Positions 1 through 10,124 of a stretch of 64,000 nucleotides of DNA are shown here, piece by piece (the stretch's first letter is position 1; the number at the start of each line of letters is the position of its first letter). Position numbers and translations under genes: made by a program. Under the pieces are notes generated by a model. The model saw only the letters and a program-made list of their open reading frames with translations, was not told the origin of the DNA and searched no databases. Source of the DNA: Hyaloraphidium curvatum SAG 235-1 (taxonomy: Eukaryota > Fungi > Monoblepharomycota); the NCBI GenBank assembly GCA_025558095.1, contig JAIVFI010000033.1, positions 496,001 to 560,000 on the forward strand, read 5' to 3'.

Positions 1-561
1 TCCATGTCCCCCGCCTACTGGGGCGCCTCCTACTCTGTCGACGTGCTCGGGATGGACCCCTCCGCCGCCGCCTTCCAGGTGTCGATCTTCAACATCGCCT
101 CGACCGTCGGCAGGGTCGTGCAGGGCGCCGTGGCCGAGTACGTCGGCGGGCCGGCGACCAACCTCTTCTTCTCCATCCTCCTGTCGGGCACGCTGATCAT
201 GGCCGCGTGGCCCAACGTGCACTCGGCGGCGGGCATGTCGGCCTACATGGCCTTCCAAGGCCTCGCGGGCGGGTCTTACAATGGGATCTTGCCGCAGGTG
301 GTGTCGCTCAACTTCGAGCCGGACGTGCTGGCGACGGCCATGTCGATGATTTACTCCTTCTTTGCGTACGGCAGCCTCGCCGGCCCCGTGATCCAGGGCC
401 TGCTGCTGGACCTCAACACGAGCTACGGGCCGGACGGGACCAAGCAGGTGTGGTACCTGCCGATGCAGATGTACGCGGGTTCGGTGCTGCTGGTGTCGGC
501 GGTGTTTGCGGCGGGGCTGAGGATGTACATGTCGAGGGGGAGGGTGTTCGTGCAGATCTGA
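1..561 (+). CDS. MFS transporter, monocarboxylate (MCT/MCH-like) family; 3' part only
   Basis: Several hydrophobic TM segments; NIASTVGRVVQGAVAEYVGG (MFS motif A-like) and YGSLAGPVIQGLLLD; ends RVFVQI-stop. The 5' end lies outside the window. Confidence 0.8.
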   Translation, partial: SMSPAYWGASYSVDVLGMDPSAAAFQVSIFNIASTVGRVVQGAVAEYVGGPATNLFFSILLSGTLIMAAWPNVHSAAGMSAYMAFQGLAGGSYNGILPQVVSLNFEPDVLATAMSMIYSFFAYGSLAGPVIQGLLLDLNTSYGPDGTKQVWYLPMQMYAGSVLLVSAVFAAGLRMYMSRGRVFVQI

Positions 562-918
562 TCGGGGGGAGGCGGCGATGCTGTCCCGACGGTGCCAAAT
601 GCCAAAGCACGGATGTCAATCGGCTTCTCCTGGTCCGATGGTATTGCACATTTGAGCGAACCGTACATGCCCGACGGGCATGGCCAAACAGCTGAAGATT
701 ATGTTGCAGGTGCTGATGATAACGAATGCCGGAGATTCCCTCTCCATGTACGCCTGGATGGCTAGCTCCTCATTTGTCCTGATTACGTAGATTACACCTC
801 TCCGAGGCACAGAGTCACAGGCGGGCGCACCACACGAGGTGCACCACGCGCTCCACCCCATGCGCACTCGAAACCCGTCGTCCAAAGTGGCCCCTATGTT
901 CTAAAGAGCTACATCGGC

Positions 919-3565
919 ATGGGTCGAGCGAAGGGCGGTTCTGATTCGCCCCAGACGCGGCGACAGGTCGCTTTGTCGCGCGTGGCTCCTCGCGAAACGG
1001 GACAGAGATTCGCCGCCAGGACGACGACCGACTACTACTGGCGGGACGAGGTCAACGACGGGCAGAAGGAGCTCGATGCGGCCGGGCGCCGCTTTGGGGA
1101 CAACGGCGCCCGCGCGCTTGCGGAGGCGCTGGTCGGGAACTCGACTCTGGCGAGCTTGACTGTGGCATCTAACGACATCGGCGTCGAAGGCGCCCGCGCC
1201 CTGGCAGGGATGCTGAAGAGGAACCTGGCGCTGACAAGATTTTCCGTGTCTTGGAACTCCGTCGGGGCCGAGGGCTCCTGCGCGCTAGCCGAGGCTGTGA
1301 AAGAGAACACGGTGCTGACGATGCTGGAGCTGGACGGCAATGATATCGGCGTTGAAGGGGCCCGCGCCCTCGCGGACGCGCTGAAGGATAACTTGACGCT
1401 CACGACTCTGAGTATGGGCGAAAACTCCCTTCGGGACGAGGGTGCCCGCGCGCTTGCGGAGGCGCTAACGGCGGTCACGGCGCTGACGACCCTGCACTTG
1501 AGCGAGAACGACATTGGAGACCGGGGTGCCAACGCGCTTGCTGAGGCTCTGAAGGAGAACTCAGTTCTGACCTACCTGTACCTGGGCGAGAATGCCATCG
1601 GAGATGAGGGCGCCCACGCACTCGGAGAGGCTTTGAGAAGGAACTCGGTGTTGACGGAGCTGTGGCTCCGTAAAGCCTCCATCGGCCGCGATGGGGCCCG
1701 CAAGCTTGCACAGGCCTTGAAGGAGAACACGGCGCTGACGTCCTTGGTGCTGGATGAGAACAACATCGGGGACGAGGGCGCGCGCGCGTTCGCAGATTCG
1801 CTGAAACAAAACTCGGTGCTGACGAGGCTGAGCTTGAAGCAGAACCTCATCGGGGACGAAGGTGCTTGCTCGCTCGCAGAGGCGCTGACGGAAAACTCGG
1901 CACTGACGACCCTGGGAATGAGCGACAACGCCATTGGAGCCGAGGGAACCCGTGCGCTTGCGGACGTGCTAAAAGGGAGCTCGGCACTGAGGAACTTGAG
2001 CCTAAGCGGGACCGCCGCTGGTGTTGACGGCGCCCGCGCGGTCGCAGAGGCGCTGAGAACGAACTCGACGCTGGTTTATTTGAGCCTGCACGAAAACTCT
2101 ATCGGGGACGCTGGCGCCCGTGCGATGGCAGAGGCTCTTGAACATAACTCGGCGCTCACTGAACTTACGCTGCATTACAACGGTGTCGGAGACGAGGGTG
2201 CCTGCGCCTTTGCGGAGGCTTTGAGCGACAATTCGGTGCTGAAGAAGCTGGACCTGCGCAAAAACTCCATCGGGGACGATGGCGCGCGTTCTCTGGCAGC
2301 GGCTCTGATGAAGAACTCGATGCTGACGACCCTGAAGCTCAGCGAAAACGCAATCGGAATCGAAGGTGCCCGCGCTCTTCTTTCTGCGCTCGAGTACAAC
2401 CCGTCCCTTACCGAGCTCAAGTTCTACGATTACGACCACGCTATCCCTAAATCACTGCGCAAGCAAATCACTATGGCTGTCCAGGATCCTGGGAGAATGG
2501 ATTGGGCCATGCGCAGGCGGATGGACCTCCAAGTGGAGCGAGCCAGGGAGGCCCAGCTGCAGAAGACGGAGCCCACTGTCGATGGGCGCAGCGCGAAGAG
2601 CAGCTACGAAATCGATCCCAAGCACCTGGAACGGGGGGGGTACCTGGGGGCCGGGGCATACGGGATGGTGATTGAAGGCACGTACCAGAAACACACCAAC
2701 GTCGCACTCAAGATGATTCACGGCTGGAACTTGACGGGGATGCAGCTCGAGGAGGCGATCGTGGAGCTTGAGCGGGAGATGGACGTGTGGGCGCGGGTGC
2801 CATTCCATGCCAATGGTGGGGCACAGGCGCGCAATTGCAAGGCCTTTGGAGACTTATTCCGACTCGTCCATAATCGCAGTTCTGCCGCTGATGGGATGGT
2901 GTCGCCAACCGCTTTGCCTTGTCACCTTGCTGATGGCCGGTGGGACAGCGAAGAAGTACCTCGCGGGGCTCCGGAATCCTTGGGAGCAGCACGCGGTGCA
3001 CCGGCTCCTCTTCCAGGTCGCGCTTGGGATGAACCACCTGCATTCGAGGCCGACGCCGATCCTGCATCTCGACCTCAAGGGCGACAACATTCTTGTCGAC
3101 GAAGCCGGCGTTGCGAAAGTTGCAGACTTTGGAATGTCGAAGATCAGGGCTACGGCTTCTCTGCATTCCACCAACCGAGGTGGTGGAACGCCGGTGTTTA
3201 TGGCGCCGGAAAGTGAGTGCGTGCGGAATGACGTGCTCAAATGGTGACGACGCACTGCTATGCCAGGTTTTGCGACGCCGAAGCCGAGACCAGGCACGGC
3301 GACGGACGTGTACGCCTTTGGCATGACCATGTGGGAGCTCCTTTCGGGCGGCCAGATACCCTTTCTGCGCGAGGCAAGGGACCTCGGCCCCGACCTGTTC
3401 AAGGAACGGATCCGCTCCCAACCTAACTTTCGCCCGGCCCGCCCGTACGGGATCCCCGATGCCACGTGGGCGCTTATCCAGCGGTGCTGGACGATGGATG
3501 GCGCGGCGCGGCCGGGGTTCGGGGAGGTTGCCGACGAGCTGAAGAGGATCGCCGATTCCTTGTAG
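919..3565 (+). CDS. LRR-kinase #1: ~16 RNI-like 28-aa LRRs plus non-RD TKL-type protein kinase; apparently intact
   Basis: Repeats of LxxLxLxxNxIGDEGARALAEALKxNxx; kinase motifs GAGAYG, VALK, HLDLKGDN, DFG, GTPVFMAPE, DVYAFG. Introns 2816-2879 and 3213-3266 (GT..AG) join the three ORFs in frame. No signal peptide or TM segment. Start codon uncertain. Confidence 0.9.
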
Positions 3566-4179
3566 ATGGCCGCGCACAATTGGAATGGTTCGATCCCATA
3601 AACTGCAAACACCTGCCGGCCCCACACCCGTGCGCGCTATTTGGGCCGCGGGCGGGGGCCGGCAGTGACCGGGCACGTCGGGCTTTTCGGCTCCGGCCGT
3701 CTAGCGCGGCGCCGGCGCGGTGGGCGCGGTGCGCGGACCGGGGACGCGTTGGGGACCGCGGTCACCCGACCCGGTGTTCACACGCGGCTGGAGCCGCGCC
3801 GCTGTCGTCTGAGGGTTTGGCTGGCCTCGGACGGCGCGGCGCTCGCTCGGCAGGCCCTCGCGGCGCTTCTCCGTGATCCGGCGGCCGACGGTGGTCGCCG
3901 GCAAACAACGAGGCGCGCCCCCTCGGCGCGACTCGGAGGCTGCACGGCTTGGACACGGCCGCAGCCTTTTTTCCACGACTTCAGCGGACTGCAGCAACTC
4001 GTTGGAGCTCGTGGCAGCGCGTTGATCCGGCGCTGTGTCGGGGCTCCCTCGCTCGACACTCGGACTAATGCGAGGACAGGTGTCCCGTCGAAAAGGCTTG
4101 GTCTCGACGAGGTCTCGCCGAAGTAGACGCTGCGTTGGTGCGGCCTGCCTCAAACTGGCGATCCGTGCCCGCGCGTAGA

Positions 4180-4686
4180 GGACAGGGTCGCACTGGGCGC
4201 TTTGGGACCGGGAATCTGGCGGGCAAGTGCTTGACCTCGCTTCCGGCAAGTTCGTCGCCGTCGGAGCCTCCCCGGACGGCCTTCCCGCCTGCATCTCCAA
4301 GGATGGCCGCAGCTGCGCGCTTTTTGACCTGGAGGAGTGCGCATCCCGGGTGTTTGCGAGCGCCGCCAGCACGACGCCCTTCCTCGAGTGCGGCCGGGCC
4401 CTGCTCGAAGCAACCGGGGTGACTGGGCTCGAGAATCCCAGGCACTGGTGCAGCATTGCTGCCGCGGGCCGGGTGGCCGGGGGCGTACCCGGCTTTGGTC
4501 GGGTCGTCAACACTGTCTGTTGCACCAACGGCGAGCCCGGTGCTAACTACGACGGCTGATGCTGTCTCGACGACGACTTTGCCGGCGGTACAATCCGTAA
4601 GCCGGCCGAGCGCCGGAGGAAGCAGGACTAGGATCGGATCCACGGCCATGATCTTCGTCCTCGTAGTGGCGGCACAGTTTGCTTGA
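4180..4686 (+). pseudogene. Remnant of a Cys-module, S/T-rich, GPI-like surface protein
   Basis: PACISKDGRSC...ECGRALLEATGVTGLENPRHWC, then after a frame change near 4465 an S/T/P-rich stalk and hydrophobic tail TAMIFVLVVAAQFA-stop. No clear start. Confidence 0.45.
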
Positions 4687-4699
4687 TCGGCTCCAGCAC

Positions 4700-4798
4700 G
4701 GTGCGCCAGGAACGCGACGTGCTCGCTGACGGCCGCGGGGACGACGCGGTGCGCGTGCAACGCCGGGTTCTTCGGGAACGGAAGGACGTGCACCAACC
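4700..4798 (+). repeat. 99-bp inverted copy of an EGF repeat from the protease-EGF gene (16577-16675)
   Basis: ggtgcgccaggaacgcg...gtgcaccaacc is the reverse complement of 16577-16675 with one visible mismatch; it encodes CARNATCSLTAAGTTRCACNAGFFGNGRTCTN. Confidence 0.9.
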
Positions 4799-4966
4799 GC
4801 GACACCACCGTGGTAGAGCACGCAACGAGATGAAAAGCACTCGTGTATGTCCACTGCAACAAATCGAGTTTACATCAAGCAGGAAGGTACGGGGTCAGAT
4901 CTCTGCCGTCGAGGGCCATGAGGACGTGGTAGACGATGTCCCCCTGCACGACCACGAACTGTCCCA

Positions 4967-7689
4967 TCAGGAGGCTGCGCGCGGATTCCAGTCAGCAAAA
5001 GAAACGTCGGCCCGCTCGGCCACCCACTCGATGAAGCTCTCGTGCCTGTTTGCCGACGCCGCGTGGGCGACCACGGCGTAGTACGGTCCGATCCCGCGCT
5101 CGCGGCAGCCCTTCATCAGGCGGTACGAAAGCCACTCCGGTGCGTCGCGCTTGGAGAGGTCCATGTCGACGAGGGAGTCCGCGAGGAGGACCGTGAAGGC
5201 AGGGCTCTCGGTGGAGAGCCAGTAGATCGACTGGACGATCCTGGCCGGGGGAACACCGGGGAAGGGGAGGCCTGGGGTGGTGTGTGAGCAAGGCGGATCC
5301 AACGACAGGGGTGCAGAACATGCCCATGTTGTTAACAGCCTCGGCGGTGGCGGGCCGGTGGAGGGGGAACACGTTGATGTTGCGGTTGTTGAGCAGAGCG
5401 GCGACGTGGAGCTTCCGACCGTGGATCCGGATCACCATATGAGCCACAAGGAGGCTGCGACGAATGTCAGCGTCTGTCAATGGCCAGCGCACGACTACCC
5501 ACCCGGCAAAGTAACCGGCCCGTGGAGCGCAGTTCGTGACGGCGTAGTAGTGCCTCCCGTGGTCCTCCCTGATGAGGCGCCGCGCCAAAACCTCGCAGAT
5601 GGTATCGGCGCGGAACTCCTGCTCCGGAATCGAAGCAATCACCCGGCGCACCATCGGCGCCAACTCCAAAGCGTTGCAGTACGCCAGCTCGCCGACGGTG
5701 CTCTCCAGCGGAACCACCAGGGCCGGCGGCGCCTCCCCACGGAACCCGCACGGGCCGAGGTGGACCACGGCGCGGACCGTCGCGCGCACGGTGCTTCCCT
5801 CGGGAAGCCCTGCGACCAGGCAGGACCACGGGCCGGGGCCCTGGGCCGAGGCGTGCCGTTCCCCCGTCCAGTCGCCTTGGACCGAGACCACGTACGACGA
5901 GGCAAAGCCGGGGTCGGCGTCCCACTCGAGGAGGAAGGACGTGCTGCTGATCCGGCTCGCCCTGGAACGGCGCGTTAGCTACGCCGCGGTCGCACGCACG
6001 GCGATCGGGGGCGGGCCCACCTCAGGTTCGTGGGCAGCGAGGGGCATCCTGGGAATGGCACCTCCCGCGAGCGGTGCCGGAACGAGATCGAAACCGGGGT
6101 TCCGTCTTCCCTCGCCGGCCCCCCGCGGACCACGACGGCAACGTTCAGCGCCCCTGCCTGCTCGGCAAAGGCGGCGGCGGTCCGAACGGTGGTGCCGGCG
6201 GCGTCGAAAGCGGGGCCCGAGTCGGAAAACCCGGGGCCGATGGCGGGGAAAGCGGGGGGGAGGCCGTCGGCGCCCAGGCCCGCGGCGAAGGCGGCGAGGG
6301 CGTCCTTGGCCTGCCGCAGGATCGGAGGCAGGTGGAACACGGCCGACAGGACGCGGTCGTTGCGCACGTCGACGTCCGCAAAGGCCGGCCCGAAAGCCTC
6401 CGGGATCCCGGCGTCCCTGAGCGAGCGGAACCACAGGCCGGGGTACTTGACGGCGTCCTGGACGCGGAGCAGCGCGCCGCGGATGGCCGCCACGGGCGCC
6501 GCCCACCGCGCGAGGAGCTCCGCCAGCCCATCTTCGGCCGCCGCGGCGCGGTCCGCCTCGGCGCCCCTGATCCCGCGCAGCAACGGGCCGAGCGCGCCGG
6601 AGAAGCGCGCCTGGCACGAACGCAGGCTGGCGGAAAGCGACGGTTGCAGGCCCTCGGAGAGGAGCAGCTTGGGGACCAGTGGATCGGCCTCCTCGACGGT
6701 GCGGGCCAGCTCCGCGGCCTCGCGGAGGCCCATGAAGACCCCTTCCGCCGCGGAGAGCTGGCTGTCCTTCACCTGGCGCTGCAGCCTCGCGGCCCTGGGG
6801 GTTGCGTGAGCAGACTGCCCTTTGCGCTCCGCATGAGCGGGGGGCTAACCTGTCGTCGAGCAGGGCCAGTGGGTAGAGGTAGGCCACCTTGGCCCGGACG
6901 TCCTGGCGTCGGTCGACGGAAACGATCCTCCTCATGGCCTCGCACGCGTCGGCAAAGCTGTGTACCACCATGCCGAGCGGGACGTCGCCCTGGTAGTTGG
7001 TGGTGGTCTGCGCCGAGCTGAACTGGTGGAAATCGCGGACGTCCACGCTCCCGCCGCCGGAAACAGCAACGGCCACGAGGTCGACCGCGATCTGGAGGTT
7101 GCCCTGGACCGTAGCGACGTCCTCGCCGGCCGCAACCGTGTGCTGAAAGTCGAGGAAGGCGTCCGTGCCCTTGGCGAGGCCGACGACGACGTGGGTGGCG
7201 ACCCCGTGGTCGAACACTTGGCCGTGCGCGATCCTGTTGGCGCCGAGCTGGGACATGTTAAGCATCTGGAATCCCGTGCGCAGCTTGTGGCGGAATGTCA
7301 CGCGGGCGGTCCTCGAGTTGGACTTTTCGCGCCTCATGTAGTTTGCGGAACCCGAGACCGACACGAGGCCGCCCATGAAGGACCCCTTGACCGCGGCGCT
7401 GATGTCGAGGCTGTTGCAGACGTCGTCGAAGGTGTCGCCGGAAAAGAGCTCGTGGCTCTCGTCGGCGCCGGGGACGTCTGTCACCCCCACGAGCGCCTGC
7501 GGGTCCCTGCCGCCGGGGGTAAGCACACCTGACCACCAAGCAACGCCGTTGGCCCCACCAGAGGGTGACGCCGGGGATGAACTGGTCGGTGCGGGCGTCG
7601 TACGGGGTTCCCAGGACGCAGAGCGCGTCGCCCAGGACGGGCACCTTGAGCACGTCGGTGCGGGCTTCGAGCGCCGCGCGAGCGGCCAT
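4967..7689 (-). CDS. Stonustoxin/neoverrucotoxin-like (MACPF/CDC-fold) protein with FN3 domain and unknown C-terminus
   Basis: Spliced N-terminus VPVLG..LGTPYDARTDQFIPGVTLWD..LDISAAVKGSFMGGLVSVSGSANY..RTARVT..GVATHVVVGLAKGTDAF..YQGD..SFADA..AYLYPL parallels the stonustoxin pattern (PALG..LGMLYDAR..IPG..DIEASL..SFLGGLVEVGGSAKY..QSRVT..GLATHVV..YGANAFF..FHGD..TFEDA..VWLAPL). Introns 7507-7558, 6795-6849, ~5962-6020 and a likely GC-AG intron ~5272-5322. FN3-like PTNLRASRISSTSFLLEW..Y.V..V.GL..G..VRA. Confidence 0.8.
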
Positions 7690-8038
7690 CGGGGGTGTGC
7701 GGAGGGCGGACGTGCAGTTGGAAGGTGCGATGCGTTGCGTGGCCGGGTTGAGAGGCCCGGGCGGCCCTTTAGCTGCGCCGGCGTTGAGAGCGCGTTGAGA
7801 GCGCCCCGCGGGGGGCCATCGGGGCCGTGCGGCAGGGGGACCGCGGCGCCATCGGCCATGGCGTTGCAGTTGGCCGCGTCGAACTTCGCTGCAATGTACG
7901 ATAACTGGACACAGATAGGAGAGGTTGTGGACGGAGCGTCGGGGGGGTCGGTTTGCTTTAGCCTATACTATTCTAGTCCGTCCGTCGCGCAATCGAATAT
8001 ACGTTCCGCGTCGCACGCGCCGCAAGCACGCGTCCGCG

Positions 8039-9578
8039 ATGTTCGCAGCGATCGTCACCGTGCTCCTCGCGGGGGCCGTCGCGGCGCTGCTGCTGCTCCC
8101 GCGCGGGAAGGCCGACGGCGGCCCGCCCGACGCGCCGCGCGTCTCGTTCCTGCGGCTCATCCGCCTCCTCCGCGAGCACGGCGGCGACTTTGACGCGGTG
8201 CTCCTCGAGCTGTCGGCCGAGGCGCCGCTCGTGCGGCTGCCGCGGCTGCCGTTCCTTCCGCCGCTCCACTTCGTCACGGGCGACGCGGCCCTGGCCGAGT
8301 ACCACAACAGCAAGGACCTGAGCATGATGGAGGGGCTCAAACTGCTGATCGACAACTACAACGCGGCACCGAGCAAGGGAGACGCGCACGCCCGGCGGCA
8401 GGTGCAGCGCATGGCCCGCGCCATCTCGCCCGAGAAGCACACGACGTTCGTCAGGACCGCGTGGGAGGAGCTCACCCGTATCGTCGACGCGTGGCCGGCC
8501 GAGGGCGAGTTCGATCTGTTCCCGAAGATCTACGAGATCACCACCGAGCTGGTCACCACCGCGGTCATCGGCCGCGACCTTGCCGGCGACGCCCTGCGCG
8601 GCTTCATCGACGACGTGCGGACCGTGGACCCCATCGAGGGGCTGATCGCCGCGCCGTGGGCGCCGCTGCTCCCGCGCTGGCTGTTTTCCCGCACGCCCTA
8701 CGGGCGGAAGCTGGCCGGAGCCCACGAACGGGCGGCGGCCACGGTCAAAAGGCTTGCGGACGCGCGGGTCGCGAAGCTGGAGCGGGGCGAGGAGCCCGAG
8801 ACGGATTTCTTCAATTACATGCTGGAAGTTCTGAGGGAGGACCCCGAGAGCGAGGCCGACGGCAAGGCGTACGACTCGCAGGAGCTCGCCAGCATGTGCA
8901 CGGGGCTCATCTTTGCCGCCAACACCAACACCTTCGCCACGGCATGCTGGTGAGCTCGTCCTCCAACATCGGCGCTTGCTCCGACGACGTTGACTCGCCA
9001 CCCCAACGAGGACGCTCATCAACCTCCTCCACCACCCCGAGCACATGTCCGCGGTCCGCGCCGAGCTCGCCCTCGCCCGCGCCTCCCTCCCGCGCTCCTC
9101 GCCCATGACCCCCGCCTTCCTCGACCGCCTCGTGCACCTCGAGGCCTGCATCCGCGAGAGCATCCGGATCCGGATCACCGCCTCCGTGATCCGCGGCGCC
9201 GTGCGCGACACGGAGCTCGCGGGGCGGAGGGTGCCCGAGGGGGGGCTGGTGCTGGTCAAGGAGACGCACGTTCATACGCTGCCGCACGTGTTCCCCGAGC
9301 CGGACAGGTTCCGTCCGGAGCGACACCTCGCCGCCGACGGCGGCGGGATCGACCTCGCGCTGGCGCGGCAGGGCAAGCTGATCGTGTTCGGGGCAGGGAG
9401 GCACGCGTGCATCGGCGCCAAGGTCGCCACGCAGGTGATCAAGATGCAGGTGGTCAACTTCCTGGAGGGGTTCGAGAGGCTGGAGATCAGGGGGAAGGTG
9501 TCGGCGAGGACGGTGCAGTTTGGTGGGGTCGCCAGGCCGGCGGAGCCCGTGATCGTGGAGTACAGGAAGCGGGCTTGA
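8039..9578 (+). CDS. Cytochrome P450 (CYP51-clan-like, divergent)
   Basis: N-terminal anchor MFAAIVTVLLAGAVAALLLLP; I-helix IFAANTNT; ExxR (ESIR); PERH; heme motif FGAGRHACIG; intron 8950-9010. Confidence 0.9.
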
Positions 9579-10124
9579 AGGACCGCGCCGCCGGTGGACG
9601 ATGCAGTCGGTGACTGGACGATCTTGCTGCTGTACTGGGGAGAAGTCTGTCTGATTGAAGCGCGTCCCTCCAAGGGTCGCTTGCCCGGCCTCTCTTCATG
9701 CATGGGCGCCGATGGGACCAAAACAACTGCACGCAGGCCTTCTTCTCCGCCCATTCGCATCGTATCGACAGCTCGATCAGCACCCGCAGCCGCGTGCTCC
9801 CAGCGTCCACAGGAGCTAATCGCAACACCTGGCCTCTCCGCGTGCACACACGGCCGGCCCGCATCAGGGGTTTCTTCGTAGGACACTTCCGGATCCTGAT
9901 GCAGTCCTGCATCCTCGCATTGTATGGTTGTTATCCCACGAATGCGTTCGCAGCGGTGCGTATAGTTCGCAGAGAGAATCCGCCGGGTGCGAAATTTACG
10001 CAGCTCGCGGTCCCTAGGCTCCAGGGACGCGCTGGTTGAAAGCTTTCCATTCGACAGAGCGCTCTGGCGGCCCCGTTAACAGCCAGTCTCTGAGTCGTCA
10101 ACAGCAGCCCGCGACGCCGACGCA

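Noticed and set aside
1060-2430. 84-bp periodic repeats as a CRISPR-like array
   Set aside because: They are in-frame LRR coding units with degenerate third positions, in a eukaryotic context with no cas genes.
3060-3090. HLD instead of HRD as a sign of pseudokinases
   Set aside because: The catalytic Asp, Lys, Asn, the VAxK lysine and DFG are retained; this is the non-RD class, not a dead kinase.
2816-3266. Apparent programmed frameshifts in the kinase domains
   Set aside because: They are fully explained by GT-AG introns at conserved positions in all four kinases.
3566-4130. Overlapping Arg/Ala/Gly-rich ORFs
   Set aside because: No recognisable motifs; such ORFs are expected by chance at this GC content.
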